The notes below the pieces were generated by a model. The model was not told the origin of the DNA, made no database searches, and worked only from the letters and a program-made list of their open reading frames with translations. The translations under genes and the position numbers were made by a program. A stretch of 64,000 nucleotides of DNA from Chthoniobacteraceae bacterium (GTDB lineage Bacteria; Verrucomicrobiota; Verrucomicrobiia; Chthoniobacterales; Chthoniobacteraceae): the NCBI GenBank assembly GCA_040081625.1, contig JBEBGD010000002.1, forward strand, positions 106,709 through 170,708. The letters are read 5' to 3'. Positions 10,521-19,882 of this stretch are shown piece after piece. The first letter of the stretch is position 1. The number at the start of each line of letters is the position of its first letter.

Positions 10521-12629
10521 ATGAACCGACTCGCTCTCCTCCCGCCCATCGAACCTCTCGAAACCCGCATCACGCCTGCCGCCGTGGCGGTCGTCGAGCT
10601 TTCCGCGCTCACGGGCGTGGATGGATTTCAGATCAATGGCGAGGCGCTCGATAGCTCCTCCCTGTTCAGCGTGAGCGGGGCGGGCGATGTGAATGGGGAC
10701 GGCTTTGGCGACATCATCATTGGCATTCGCTTTGCCGACCCGAACGGCTCCAATTCCGGGGCCAGCTACGTGGTCTTTGGCCGGGCGGGCGGCTTTGCGG
10801 CGAATCTCGAACTCTCCGCGCTCAATGGCAGCGACGGCTTTCAGATCAATGGCGAGGCGGCAGGTGACAATTCCGGGGACAGCGTGAGCGAGGCGGGTGA
10901 TGTCAATGGCGACGGCTTCGATGACCTGCTCATCGGTGCTTTCGGAGCCGACCCCAACGCCTCCGGTTCCGGAGCCAGCTATGTGGTCTTTGGCCGGGGT
11001 GGCTTTGCCGCGAATCTCGAACTCTCCACGCTCGATGGCAGCAACGGCTTCCAGATCAATGGCGAGACGGCAGGTGACCGCGCCGGGCTCAGCGCGAGTG
11101 GGGCGGGCGATGTGAATGGCGACGGCTTCGACGACCTCATCATCGGTGCGCTCTTTGCCGACCCCAACGGCTCCTCTTCCGGGGCGGGCTACGTCGTCTT
11201 TGGCAAAGCGGACGGCTTTGCGGCGACTCTCGAACTCTCCACGCTCAATGGCAGCAATGGCTTCCAGATCAATGGCGAGGCGGCTGATGACGAATCCGGG
11301 GGCAGCGTGAGTGGGGCGGGCGATGTGAATGGCGACGGCTTCGACGACCTCATCATCGGCGCACGCCTAGCGGATCCAAACGGAGCGAATTCCGGCGCGA
11401 GCTACGTCGTCTTTGGCCAAGCGGGCAGCTTTGGCGCCGTGCTCGAACTCTCCGCCCTCGATGGCAGCAATGGCTTTCAGATCAATGGCGAGGCGGCAGG
11501 CGACCTCGCCGGGCGCAAAGTGAGCAAGGCGGGCGATGTGAATGGCGACGGCTTCGACGACCTCCTCATTGCTAAATACCGAGCCACCCCCGACGACTCC
11601 GGCACCAGCTACGTCGTCTTTGGCCGCGGCACCGCCGATGTCGTCGTCGCGGCGAACGGCAAGAGCGCGACCTTCACCGGCTGGGACGGCGACCGCGTGA
11701 CCATCAAGACCAGCCGAGGCACGCTCGACGCCGCGCAGTTCAAGCTCTCCTCGCCAAACCCGCTCACCGGCGGCGCGCACCTCATCTACGCCGATTTTTC
11801 CACCGCCACGAACGGCGGCGAGTTCACCAAGGCGAACCTCAGCTTCACCGCCAAACGCGGCCCCACCGGCGGCGACGGGCTGGTGAATGTGGGCACGATT
11901 GACGCGCGCGGCACCGACCTCGGCAAGGTGAGCGTGGACGGCGACCTCCAGCAGATCGATGGCGGCGTCACCGCGCTCACCGTCTATTCGCTGGGCCTGG
12001 CCGCCGACGCCGAGGTGAAGGGAGGGCCGCTCACGAGCGAACTCGGCACGGTCGGCGCGCTCACGGTGAAGACCACCGCCAGCCGCGTGACGCTCGCGGC
12101 GATCACATTCGGCGCGATCAAGGCGCTCAACCTCGACGGCGTGACGATCTACGCCGAGGGCTTCGCCGCGACCAAGGCCTCCGAAGCGACCGCGCTCAAG
12201 AGCCTCACCGTGGCGGGCGACGTGCGCGACAGCCAGTTCCTGCTCGGCCGCGCGTTCAGCTCCGCCGCCGTGCTGAATCCCGACGTGCGAGTCGGCGCGG
12301 TGAAAGTCGGCGGCAACTGGATCGCCAGCGACCTCATCGTGGGCGTGCGCCCCGGCGACGACGGCATCTACGCCACCGGCGACGCGAACGAATCCGCCCC
12401 GACCACCGGCAGCGCGCTCGTCTCGCGCATCGCGAGCATCGTCATCAAAGGCGCCGTCCTCGGCACCGCCGAAGACGTGCGCGACGGCTTCGGCTTCGCC
12501 GCGCAGGAGATCGGCAGCTTCACCCTCGGCAAAGCGAAACTCCCGCTGACGAAGAAACCCGGCAACGACCTCACGCCCTTCGTCCTCGCCCTCACCGGCG
12601 ACGTGCGCGTGCGCGAAGGGGCGGTGTGA
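10521..12629 (+). CDS. Extracellular FG-GAP/integrin-alpha repeat protein with LEPR-XLL-like N-terminal motif and C-terminal beta-rich domain
   Basis: IEPLETRITPA near the N-terminus; five AGDVNGDGF(D/G)D...(S/G)YVVFG repeats; ATG at 10521 preferred over the upstream GTG. Confidence 0.85.
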   Translation: MNRLALLPPIEPLETRITPAAVAVVELSALTGVDGFQINGEALDSSSLFSVSGAGDVNGDGFGDIIIGIRFADPNGSNSGASYVVFGRAGGFAANLELSALNGSDGFQINGEAAGDNSGDSVSEAGDVNGDGFDDLLIGAFGADPNASGSGASYVVFGRGGFAANLELSTLDGSNGFQINGETAGDRAGLSASGAGDVNGDGFDDLIIGALFADPNGSSSGAGYVVFGKADGFAATLELSTLNGSNGFQINGEAADDESGGSVSGAGDVNGDGFDDLIIGARLADPNGANSGASYVVFGQAGSFGAVLELSALDGSNGFQINGEAAGDLAGRKVSKAGDVNGDGFDDLLIAKYRATPDDSGTSYVVFGRGTADVVVAANGKSATFTGWDGDRVTIKTSRGTLDAAQFKLSSPNPLTGGAHLIYADFSTATNGGEFTKANLSFTAKRGPTGGDGLVNVGTIDARGTDLGKVSVDGDLQQIDGGVTALTVYSLGLAADAEVKGGPLTSELGTVGALTVKTTASRVTLAAITFGAIKALNLDGVTIYAEGFAATKASEATALKSLTVAGDVRDSQFLLGRAFSSAAVLNPDVRVGAVKVGGNWIASDLIVGVRPGDDGIYATGDANESAPTTGSALVSRIASIVIKGAVLGTAEDVRDGFGFAAQEIGSFTLGKAKLPLTKKPGNDLTPFVLALTGDVRVREGAV
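10595..11630 (+). repeat. Five intragenic tandem repeats of about 210-213 bp (70-71 aa FG-GAP units)
   Basis: CAGATCAATGGCGAG recurs at 10629, 10842, 11052, 11265 and 11478. Confidence 0.9.
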
Positions 12630-12685
12630 CCGCACCTTTCGCTTTGCGCGATGAGCGCGCGGCTTCACTCTCGCGGCTTCCTTTC

Positions 12686-13939
12686 ATGAAAAACAACTCC
12701 CTCACCCGCCGCCGCTGGCTTGGCGCTACCGCCGCCACCGCGGGCAGCCTTTTCCTGCCACGACTCCGCGCCGCGACCTCCGACATCGCGGAGACGGAAC
12801 ACTTCTACTACCGCGGCGCGCCCGACGGGCCATACGTGGATTCGCAGCGCGGGCACCAGGCGTTCGGCTTCGGCGGCGGGAAGATTTTTCTTTCCGAGGA
12901 CAATGGGAAGTCGTGGGCCCACAGCGCGGAGTTTGCAGAGGCGGAGAAGATCACCTTCAGCGTCATCTTGAAAAATGGGAACGTCCTCTTCGCCACGAGC
13001 GCGCAGCTTTTCGTGAGCACGGACAAGCTGAAGACGCATCGCGAGATCATCGTGAAGCAGCGCGACGGCAGCGACTATCGTCCGCACACGCCGGTGAATC
13101 CCGCGCTGCCCGGCTGGTATTTCCACTCGCTCGATGGCGAGCACTGCTTCGATGTGGATGGCCGCGAGATGCTCGTGTGGGGCAACTACTGCAACGTGCT
13201 CGGCGGCGCCGTGCCGGTGAACATCTATTACTCCACCGACGGCGGGCAGACCGTGAAGATCGCGTATTCGTTCGGGCGGAATCCGAAGTGTCAGCAAAAG
13301 GGCGCCGCGCCGGATGCGCCGATGCTCGGCGACGCGACGAACCCGGTGATCTGCCGCCACGTCCACTGCGTGACCTACAGTCCGACCGAGAACGCCTTTT
13401 ACGCCTGCACCGGCGACATCAACCGCGGCGATGGCGACGAGTGCCACTGGCTGCGCGGCACCTACGACGCGAAGGCCGACGCGTGGCAGTGGAAGGTGAT
13501 CGTGAGCGTGAACTCCGATTCGCGCTTCAAATGCGGCGGCATCAATTTCGTGGACGGGCGCGTCTATTGGATCGCCGATGCGAACGGTCCCAAAGTCGGT
13601 CCCGAGCACGATCGCGGCGTCTTCAGCTGCGCGCCCGCCGACATCACGGACACGTCGAAACACACGCTGCTCTTCAACCCGAAATTCGAATCCGCGAACA
13701 TGCTCGTGCAGGACGGCGTGATGCTCGCGACGCATTGCGCGCCGGCCTCGACGTATATTTGCGGCATCATCTACTCGCCCGACATGGGGAAAACGTGGGC
13801 GCAATACGACCTCAAGCGATTTGGCCCGCGCTCGGGCTGCCGCATTCATCGGAAGAACAGCGACGGCTGGTTTCGCCTCGATCTACGCAAAGGATGGATC
13901 GACCGCGCGGAGGTCATTTTCATCAAACCGAAGGCGTGA
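12686..13939 (+). CDS. Tat-exported Asp-box (BNR) beta-propeller, sialidase/glycosidase-like
   Basis: LTRRRWL Tat signal; SEDNGKSW, STDGGQT and SPDMGKTW Asp-boxes. Confidence 0.75.
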   Translation: MKNNSLTRRRWLGATAATAGSLFLPRLRAATSDIAETEHFYYRGAPDGPYVDSQRGHQAFGFGGGKIFLSEDNGKSWAHSAEFAEAEKITFSVILKNGNVLFATSAQLFVSTDKLKTHREIIVKQRDGSDYRPHTPVNPALPGWYFHSLDGEHCFDVDGREMLVWGNYCNVLGGAVPVNIYYSTDGGQTVKIAYSFGRNPKCQQKGAAPDAPMLGDATNPVICRHVHCVTYSPTENAFYACTGDINRGDGDECHWLRGTYDAKADAWQWKVIVSVNSDSRFKCGGINFVDGRVYWIADANGPKVGPEHDRGVFSCAPADITDTSKHTLLFNPKFESANMLVQDGVMLATHCAPASTYICGIIYSPDMGKTWAQYDLKRFGPRSGCRIHRKNSDGWFRLDLRKGWIDRAEVIFIKPKA

Positions 13940-14976
13940 ATCGGGTCGCTGCGCTGCTGGCATTCGTCGGCGTCCTTTCCTGCGATCTGGCTGCGTTCGA
14001 TGAGACGGTTTGTCGGGAAACAGTGCGGCGCGGTCTCGCACGGGTCACGAAAGCCGCGAGCGACTGGCAGAAGAACAAGACGTGTTTTTCCTGCCATCAC
14101 CAGACGCTGCCGATGCTCGCGATGACCGAGGCCGCACGCGCGGGCTTCGCGATGGACCGTGCGTGGCTCGAATCGCAGGCGACGACGACGCACAAGTATT
14201 TCGCCCAACGAATCGAAGACATGGACGAAGGCGAGCACGTGCCCGGCGGCGCGACCACGGTCGGATCCGGATTGCAGGCGCTCGCGGTGACTGCGCGTCC
14301 AGCGGACGCGACGACGACGGCGATGGTCGGCTATCTCCTCAAGATTCAAGGCGTGGCGCGCTTGAATGGGCGCGAGCCGTCCGACCTGTCGCGCGTGGAG
14401 AACGGCCGCTGGACGACCACGTGCCGCCGACCGCCGATGCAAGGCTCGGATGTCGCCGACACGGTGCTCGCGCTCATCGGGATGGAGAAGTTTGCGACCG
14501 CGGAGCAGCGACCGTCTCTCGCAACGGCGCGCGCCGCGGCGGAAGCGTGGCTCGCGCGGACGCCGCTGGTCACGCAGGAAGATCGAGTGTGGCGCCTGTG
14601 GGGACTGCACCATCTCGGCGGAGAACCCGCCGCGAAAGACGCCGCGCGCAAAGCCATCGCCGAAGCGCAGCGCGAGGACGGCGGCTGGTCTGCGAGTGAC
14701 GGACTCGAGAGCGACGCGTTCTCGACTGGCGAGACGCTCTTTGTGCTCTGCCAGACGGGCGCACCGCGCACCGGGCCGATGATCCAGCGCGCGCGCGATT
14801 ACTTGATCCGCACGCAACTCGAGGACGGCTCATGGCTCGTGAAGTCGCGCGTGAAATACAAGGCGCAGCCGTATTTCGAAAACGGCGACCCGCACGGCGA
14901 GCACCAGTTTCTCTCGACTGCCGCCACCGCGTGGGCCACCGCCGCGCTGGCGCAATTCCTCCCTCACACACCATGA
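13936..14976 (+). CDS. Exported prenyltransferase/squalene-cyclase-like protein with CxxCH
   Basis: GTG start overlapping the upstream stop; TCFSCHHQ; QREDGGW and QLEDGSW repeats; QPYFENGDPHGEHQFLS. Confidence 0.78.
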   Translation: MNRVAALLAFVGVLSCDLAAFDETVCRETVRRGLARVTKAASDWQKNKTCFSCHHQTLPMLAMTEAARAGFAMDRAWLESQATTTHKYFAQRIEDMDEGEHVPGGATTVGSGLQALAVTARPADATTTAMVGYLLKIQGVARLNGREPSDLSRVENGRWTTTCRRPPMQGSDVADTVLALIGMEKFATAEQRPSLATARAAAEAWLARTPLVTQEDRVWRLWGLHHLGGEPAAKDAARKAIAEAQREDGGWSASDGLESDAFSTGETLFVLCQTGAPRTGPMIQRARDYLIRTQLEDGSWLVKSRVKYKAQPYFENGDPHGEHQFLSTAATAWATAALAQFLPHTP

Positions 14977-15983
14977 AACATCACCACTCCCTCGTCGTCG
15001 CCGTTTGCTTCGTGCTGCTCGTTCCCCCGGCGCGGGCGCAGTCGAAGTATCCGAAGATCAACCTCGCCGCCGGGTATCAAGTCGATCCCGCGTGGCCGCA
15101 GAAACCGGCGGACATCAAGTGGCGCTACGTGACTGGCGTGACAGTGGACAAGCAGGATCGCGTCTGGATCCTGAACGCCATAGCCCCGCACGTGCAGGTC
15201 TATAGTTCCGAGGGTGCGCTGCTCGATTCCTGGGGGCATGCCGGTTTCAAGAACCCGCACTTTTTGCGCATCGACCCGGAGGGGAACCTGTGGGCTGCGG
15301 ACTACGGCGCGCACGTCGTGATGAAGTTCACGCCGAAGGGCGAACTGCTGCTCACGCTCGGGACGCCGGGCGTTGCTGGCGCGGACGAGACGCATTTCAA
15401 TCGCCCGACGGACATCGCGATCACGCCGAAGGGCGAGTTGTTCGTCACCGACGGCTACGGCAACAACCGCGTTGTTCACTTCGACGCGACCGGCAAGTTC
15501 ATCAAAAGCTGGGGTGAACTCGGCGTGGGTGCAGGGCAGTTGAGCCAGCCGCACAGCATCGCCGTGGATTCGCGCGGGCTGATCTACGTCGCCGAGCGCA
15601 ACAACTGCCGCATCCAGGTCTTCGACCAGAATGGCAAGGCGCTCGCGCAATGGCGCAATCTCATCAATCCATGGGGACTCTGGATCACGCCGAAGGATGA
15701 GATCATCGTGTGTGGCTCGTCGCCCGCGCGCTGGCTGGCGGAGCGAGGCAATCTTGGCAATCCCCCGACGAACCAGTTGCTCATCAAGTTCGACACGACG
15801 GGGCGCGCGCTGGAGTTGTGGACCTTCCCGCTCAGCCAGCCCGGCACGCAGATCGCCGGCTCGCTCGATTGGGGCCACGGGCTCGGCGTGGATTCCAAGG
15901 GCAACCTCTACATCGGCGATGTGGCCGACGAGAGCCTCACGCATCGCGTGCAGAAATTCCTCCGCCTGCCCGCGGAGAAATAG
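14973..15983 (+). CDS. NHL-repeat beta-propeller (peptidyl-alpha-hydroxyglycine alpha-amidating lyase-like)
   Basis: Signal peptide; FNRPTDIA, VTDGYGNNRV, PHSIAVD...YVAERNNCRIQVFD. Confidence 0.85.
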   Translation: MKHHHSLVVAVCFVLLVPPARAQSKYPKINLAAGYQVDPAWPQKPADIKWRYVTGVTVDKQDRVWILNAIAPHVQVYSSEGALLDSWGHAGFKNPHFLRIDPEGNLWAADYGAHVVMKFTPKGELLLTLGTPGVAGADETHFNRPTDIAITPKGELFVTDGYGNNRVVHFDATGKFIKSWGELGVGAGQLSQPHSIAVDSRGLIYVAERNNCRIQVFDQNGKALAQWRNLINPWGLWITPKDEIIVCGSSPARWLAERGNLGNPPTNQLLIKFDTTGRALELWTFPLSQPGTQIAGSLDWGHGLGVDSKGNLYIGDVADESLTHRVQKFLRLPAEK

Positions 15984-15998
15984 GTCGAACGTCGGCCA

Positions 15999-18425
15999 AT
16001 GAAACGCGCGGCCTTCATTTTTGCAGGGGTGTCGTGGTTGTTCGCGACGCAGATGCTCGCCGCACTGCTCCCGCCGGAGAATGTCCAGGCGCCGTTTTGT
16101 TACGTCGCGGGCGGCACACGGAGCTGGCCGATCCTCACCACGCCGCTCCCTGAAAACGTGACGTGCTCCCTCGCCGCCGCACGCGACGGGAAGGAACTCG
16201 CGCGCGGCGCACGCCTGGAATTTTCCAGCCTCACCGTGTCCGTGTCGCGCGATGGTTGGTTGGAAATTCGATCACTCGCGAACGCTGCGCCGCTGGTGTT
16301 TGATCTCGAGATCAAGCTCGCTGGCAACGGGACCACGGAAACGCAGCGGCTCTCCGTGCGCGCCGCGCCGCCGCCGCGGCCCATCTCCTACATCGCGGAC
16401 TTTGGCGATGATCTGATCGACCTCTTCATGAACCGCACGACGGGCCGCTGGCGACCGATCGAGAAGGCCGCGTTCGACCAATACTTCCGCCGCCTGCAGG
16501 CACATGGCGTCGGTCGGCTCATCGTCTGGCAAAGTCCGTTTCCTTACATGGCTGACGCGAAAAACTATTCCGCTGCGGACTGGCAGCGTCACGCGGCGCA
16601 GGCCCGCGCGATCATCGACAGCCGCGAGCTGAGCGCGATCCTGGAAAAGCGCGGCGGGATCGTGTCGTGGGGCTGGCTGCGCGCGCTGATGGCCGTCCGC
16701 TTGACGCCGCAGTTCGGCGAGACGCTCACGCGCAGCGCCCGCGAACATGGCATCGCGCTCACGGCGAGCTTTCGTCCATTCGAGACGGCGCTCGACAAAT
16801 ACTACGCCGTGCCCGCCTTCGACGAGAGCGGCGCGTTCCTCTGGAACTTTCATCCGCTCGCGTCGCCGGCAGTGGCGTATCACGCGGACGAGGTAGGCTT
16901 CGCGCACTACCGCACGGTGCTCGCCGGGGTGGGCCGGGCCGACGCGGGCCGCTTGCACGCGATCGAAATTCGCGATGCCGCGCCGCACGGCACGCTGCGC
17001 GTCGTTGCGTCGCCGTTTCCTCCGCTGCAGGAGGATTCGTTCGTGCTCGTGCGCGGGAAGGATGCGCGTTTCGAGCTGCGACCGTTCCGCGAGATTCAAG
17101 CGCGAGCCGAGGCGCATCGCCGCGAACTCAAGGACGTGAAGATCGAGCACGACGCTCTAGGCACCCTGCGAATCACGGGCATCGAGGTGCCGGACGACTG
17201 CCGATACGTGATTCTGTCGAGTGCCGATGAGTCGCTCGATACGCCCGCCGAGCTGCCCGCGACGTTGTGGGCCAAAGCCGGCAACCGGCTCGACCGCGCG
17301 AATGTTTATTGGGTGGCGCCCACCGACAAGAAGACCCGCGTGGGCGGGATCACCGCGGAGGGCGATGCGTGGGCCAACTTTTTCGCCATCGAAGCCAGTG
17401 CCGCGAGCGCGCACAGCGGCCCAGCACGGCGGAGTCTGCGTGACGAACAACTCGTCATCGACCTCGGCGATCCATGGTCCGTCGAGATGGTGGATTTCAA
17501 CCAGCCCGCTGCGCGCCGCTACGTCGTCGATGAGCTGCGCTCGATCCTGAGCCATCCACCGTTTGACGAGATCTTCATCAATACCCGTTCGCACACGTCG
17601 CTCGCCGCGACGTTGGCCGATGGCAGGGACGGCGTGAAGCCGCTCGACCACTATCGCGCGGCGAAGCAGCCCTACGTTCACCTCGGCCTCGACCGCGCCT
17701 ACGCGCCGCGCGATCAACTCCGCGACATCGCCGACGTGGAGCGCATCACCACATGGCAGCCGGGCGAATGGGACGGCACGTGCCAGTCGCCGGACTCGCC
17801 GTTCGTGTGGCGCTACGCGCGCAATCGCGGCGTGGCCGACGGCGTGCGCAAGTTGCTCGAAGATCTGGAGAAGGCGTTTCCGAAGACCCGCATCCGCGCC
17901 GTGATCCCCGAGCGATCCGTCGCCGTTGCGAACGTGCAGGCAGCGCTCGATCAAATGCCCAAGCCGGGCGGCGGCGTTTACGGACGCGATTACTACCGGC
18001 ACATTTGGGCCTCGATCAATCACATCCCCGCCATCGGCGAAGGCATGGCGATGCTCGATCTGCGCGGCCTGCGGGTGGAGCCGGTGTTCGGCGGCATCCG
18101 CTATCTGCCAGACCGCGGGCCATTTGATCTATTCGTCCGCGAAGTCATCGCCGACATGGCCGACAACCACGGCTCATCGTTCCGCGGCCCGCGGAGTTTT
18201 TTCTACGAGGGTCACGAGACGTTGCGCGCGACGGACGCCGCCGCTGCGCGCGAAGGACGCGAGGAGTTCATCCGCCACCTGCTCGACCAGCGCGGCGAGA
18301 TCAACGAGGTGATCCTTTACGAAGCAGCCTCATGGGTGGGCCTCCCGCTCAATGATCCCGACCTCAGTGGACACAGATTTCTGGATCGCCCCGGCAAGGA
18401 CACGCCTGCGAAAACAACGCGATGA
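15999..18425 (+). CDS. Exported hypothetical protein (808 aa), possibly an interrupted TIM-barrel glycoside hydrolase
   Basis: Signal peptide, host-like codon use, operon position; barrel-like segments (YIADFGDD, FDEIFINTRSH, ILYEAASW); function not recognised. Confidence 0.6.
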   Translation: MKRAAFIFAGVSWLFATQMLAALLPPENVQAPFCYVAGGTRSWPILTTPLPENVTCSLAAARDGKELARGARLEFSSLTVSVSRDGWLEIRSLANAAPLVFDLEIKLAGNGTTETQRLSVRAAPPPRPISYIADFGDDLIDLFMNRTTGRWRPIEKAAFDQYFRRLQAHGVGRLIVWQSPFPYMADAKNYSAADWQRHAAQARAIIDSRELSAILEKRGGIVSWGWLRALMAVRLTPQFGETLTRSAREHGIALTASFRPFETALDKYYAVPAFDESGAFLWNFHPLASPAVAYHADEVGFAHYRTVLAGVGRADAGRLHAIEIRDAAPHGTLRVVASPFPPLQEDSFVLVRGKDARFELRPFREIQARAEAHRRELKDVKIEHDALGTLRITGIEVPDDCRYVILSSADESLDTPAELPATLWAKAGNRLDRANVYWVAPTDKKTRVGGITAEGDAWANFFAIEASAASAHSGPARRSLRDEQLVIDLGDPWSVEMVDFNQPAARRYVVDELRSILSHPPFDEIFINTRSHTSLAATLADGRDGVKPLDHYRAAKQPYVHLGLDRAYAPRDQLRDIADVERITTWQPGEWDGTCQSPDSPFVWRYARNRGVADGVRKLLEDLEKAFPKTRIRAVIPERSVAVANVQAALDQMPKPGGGVYGRDYYRHIWASINHIPAIGEGMAMLDLRGLRVEPVFGGIRYLPDRGPFDLFVREVIADMADNHGSSFRGPRSFFYEGHETLRATDAAAAREGREEFIRHLLDQRGEINEVILYEAASWVGLPLNDPDLSGHRFLDRPGKDTPAKTTR

Positions 18426-18550
18426 ACACGACTCCCCGCGTCGCCTATTTCGCGTGGATGCCCGGCATCGGTTTCGACGGTGGATCGAGACAGGAACTCG
18501 AAGCCTGCGAAGCCGCGAGCGGCCTCGCGCCCAAAGGCCGCCGGCCATGA
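18422..18550 (+). pseudogene. 42-aa ORF coupled at both ends; probable remnant of a deleted gene or a small peptide
   Basis: MNTTPRVAYFAWMPGIGFDGG...KGRRP*; ATGA overlaps with both the upstream stop and the downstream start. Confidence 0.4.
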
Positions 18551-19848
18551 AGGCGCTCATTGTCCTCGCGCTGTCCGCCGCGACCATGCTCGCCGCCGGG
18601 GTGTCGGCCTTTCCCGGTGCGGAAGGCGCAGGCAAATGGGCGAAGGGTGGACGTGGCGGGCGCGCGATCGCGGTGACGAATCTCGACGACGATGGGCCGG
18701 GCAGCTTGCGCGCGGCGATCGGGGCGAAGGGGCCGCGCACGATCGTGTTTCGCGTGGCGGGCACGATCGAGTTGAAGAAGCCGCTGCGCATCGCGGAGCC
18801 GTTCGTCACCATCGCGGGGCAGACGGCGCCGGGCGACGGCGTGTGTTTGAAAAACTTCGAGCTTCAAATCGGCGCGACGCACGACGTGATCGTGCGCTAC
18901 CTGCGCTGCCGTCCGGGCGACAAGACCTCGAAGCCCGGCGAGATGGACGCGCTCACGCTTTGGGACGCGCGCGACGTGATCGTGGATCATTGCTCGGCCA
19001 CGTGGAGCACGGATGAGTGCCTCTCGGTCACGCGCGACTCCGATCGCGTGACGGTGCAGCACTGCCTCATCGCCGAGGCGCTGACCGAGCACGGACTTGG
19101 CTCGATCATCGGTTCGTATCGCGGCGCTATTTCATTCCTGCACAATCTCTACGCGCACAATCGCGACCGGAATCCGCGCGCCAGCGGCTACCAATCCGTG
19201 CCCGGACACGCGGACGATCCGGGGCCGCGCATCGAGTTTCGCGGCAACACGATCTTCAACTGGTCATCCGGTCCCGGCTACACGGGCAGCGGCGACCCCG
19301 GTTCGCCCGAGCGCATCGCGATGAACTACGTGGGCAATGATCTCAAGCCCGGCCCGGATACTTCGCCCGCGTATCGCGCGACGGCGTTCACGGTGCATCG
19401 CGGCGCGACGGCGGAGTTGTTCGTCGAGGGCAACAAGGTCGAAAGTCCACCGGCGCCGATCGCATTTCAATCCAACCTCGTCGTCGTCCGACCCGGCGCG
19501 ACGCTGGTGATGCGCGACACGCCACTGCCCTTCGACGTGCCTGCGGAGAAGCTCGCCGCCAAAGCCACGCTCGAGCGCGTAGGCGCGAGCAAACCGAAGC
19601 GCGATGCCGTGGATGCGCGCATCGTCGCCGGTGTGCGCGACGGCACGGGCCGGCAGATTCACACCATCCCCGACGATGCCTGGCCACCGCTGCGCAACGG
19701 TGCGCCCGAACCCGACAGCGACGGCGACGGACTGCCCGATGCATGGGAGCGCGCGCACCACTTGAACCCCGACGACGCCACCGACGCCGCGCGTGTCGCG
19801 ACGCCCGGCGGCTACACGCACCTCGAAGTATGGATGAACAGCCTGTGA
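18547..19848 (+). CDS. Pectate lyase (PL1-like beta-helix)
   Basis: AFPGAEGAG...GGRGG...VTNLDDDGPGSLR, TIAGQTAPGDG, IVDHCSATWSTDE, RNPR, C-terminal DSDGDGLPDAWE. Confidence 0.9.
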   Translation: MKALIVLALSAATMLAAGVSAFPGAEGAGKWAKGGRGGRAIAVTNLDDDGPGSLRAAIGAKGPRTIVFRVAGTIELKKPLRIAEPFVTIAGQTAPGDGVCLKNFELQIGATHDVIVRYLRCRPGDKTSKPGEMDALTLWDARDVIVDHCSATWSTDECLSVTRDSDRVTVQHCLIAEALTEHGLGSIIGSYRGAISFLHNLYAHNRDRNPRASGYQSVPGHADDPGPRIEFRGNTIFNWSSGPGYTGSGDPGSPERIAMNYVGNDLKPGPDTSPAYRATAFTVHRGATAELFVEGNKVESPPAPIAFQSNLVVVRPGATLVMRDTPLPFDVPAEKLAAKATLERVGASKPKRDAVDARIVAGVRDGTGRQIHTIPDDAWPPLRNGAPEPDSDGDGLPDAWERAHHLNPDDATDAARVATPGGYTHLEVWMNSL

Positions 19849-19882
19849 AAACCCCCGCTGAGAAGAAGGGCAGCCCGTTGCA

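Noticed and set aside
10595..11630. Regularly spaced DNA repeats as a possible CRISPR array
   Set aside because: Period is 210-213 bp and in frame, encoding FG-GAP units; no unique spacers and no cas genes
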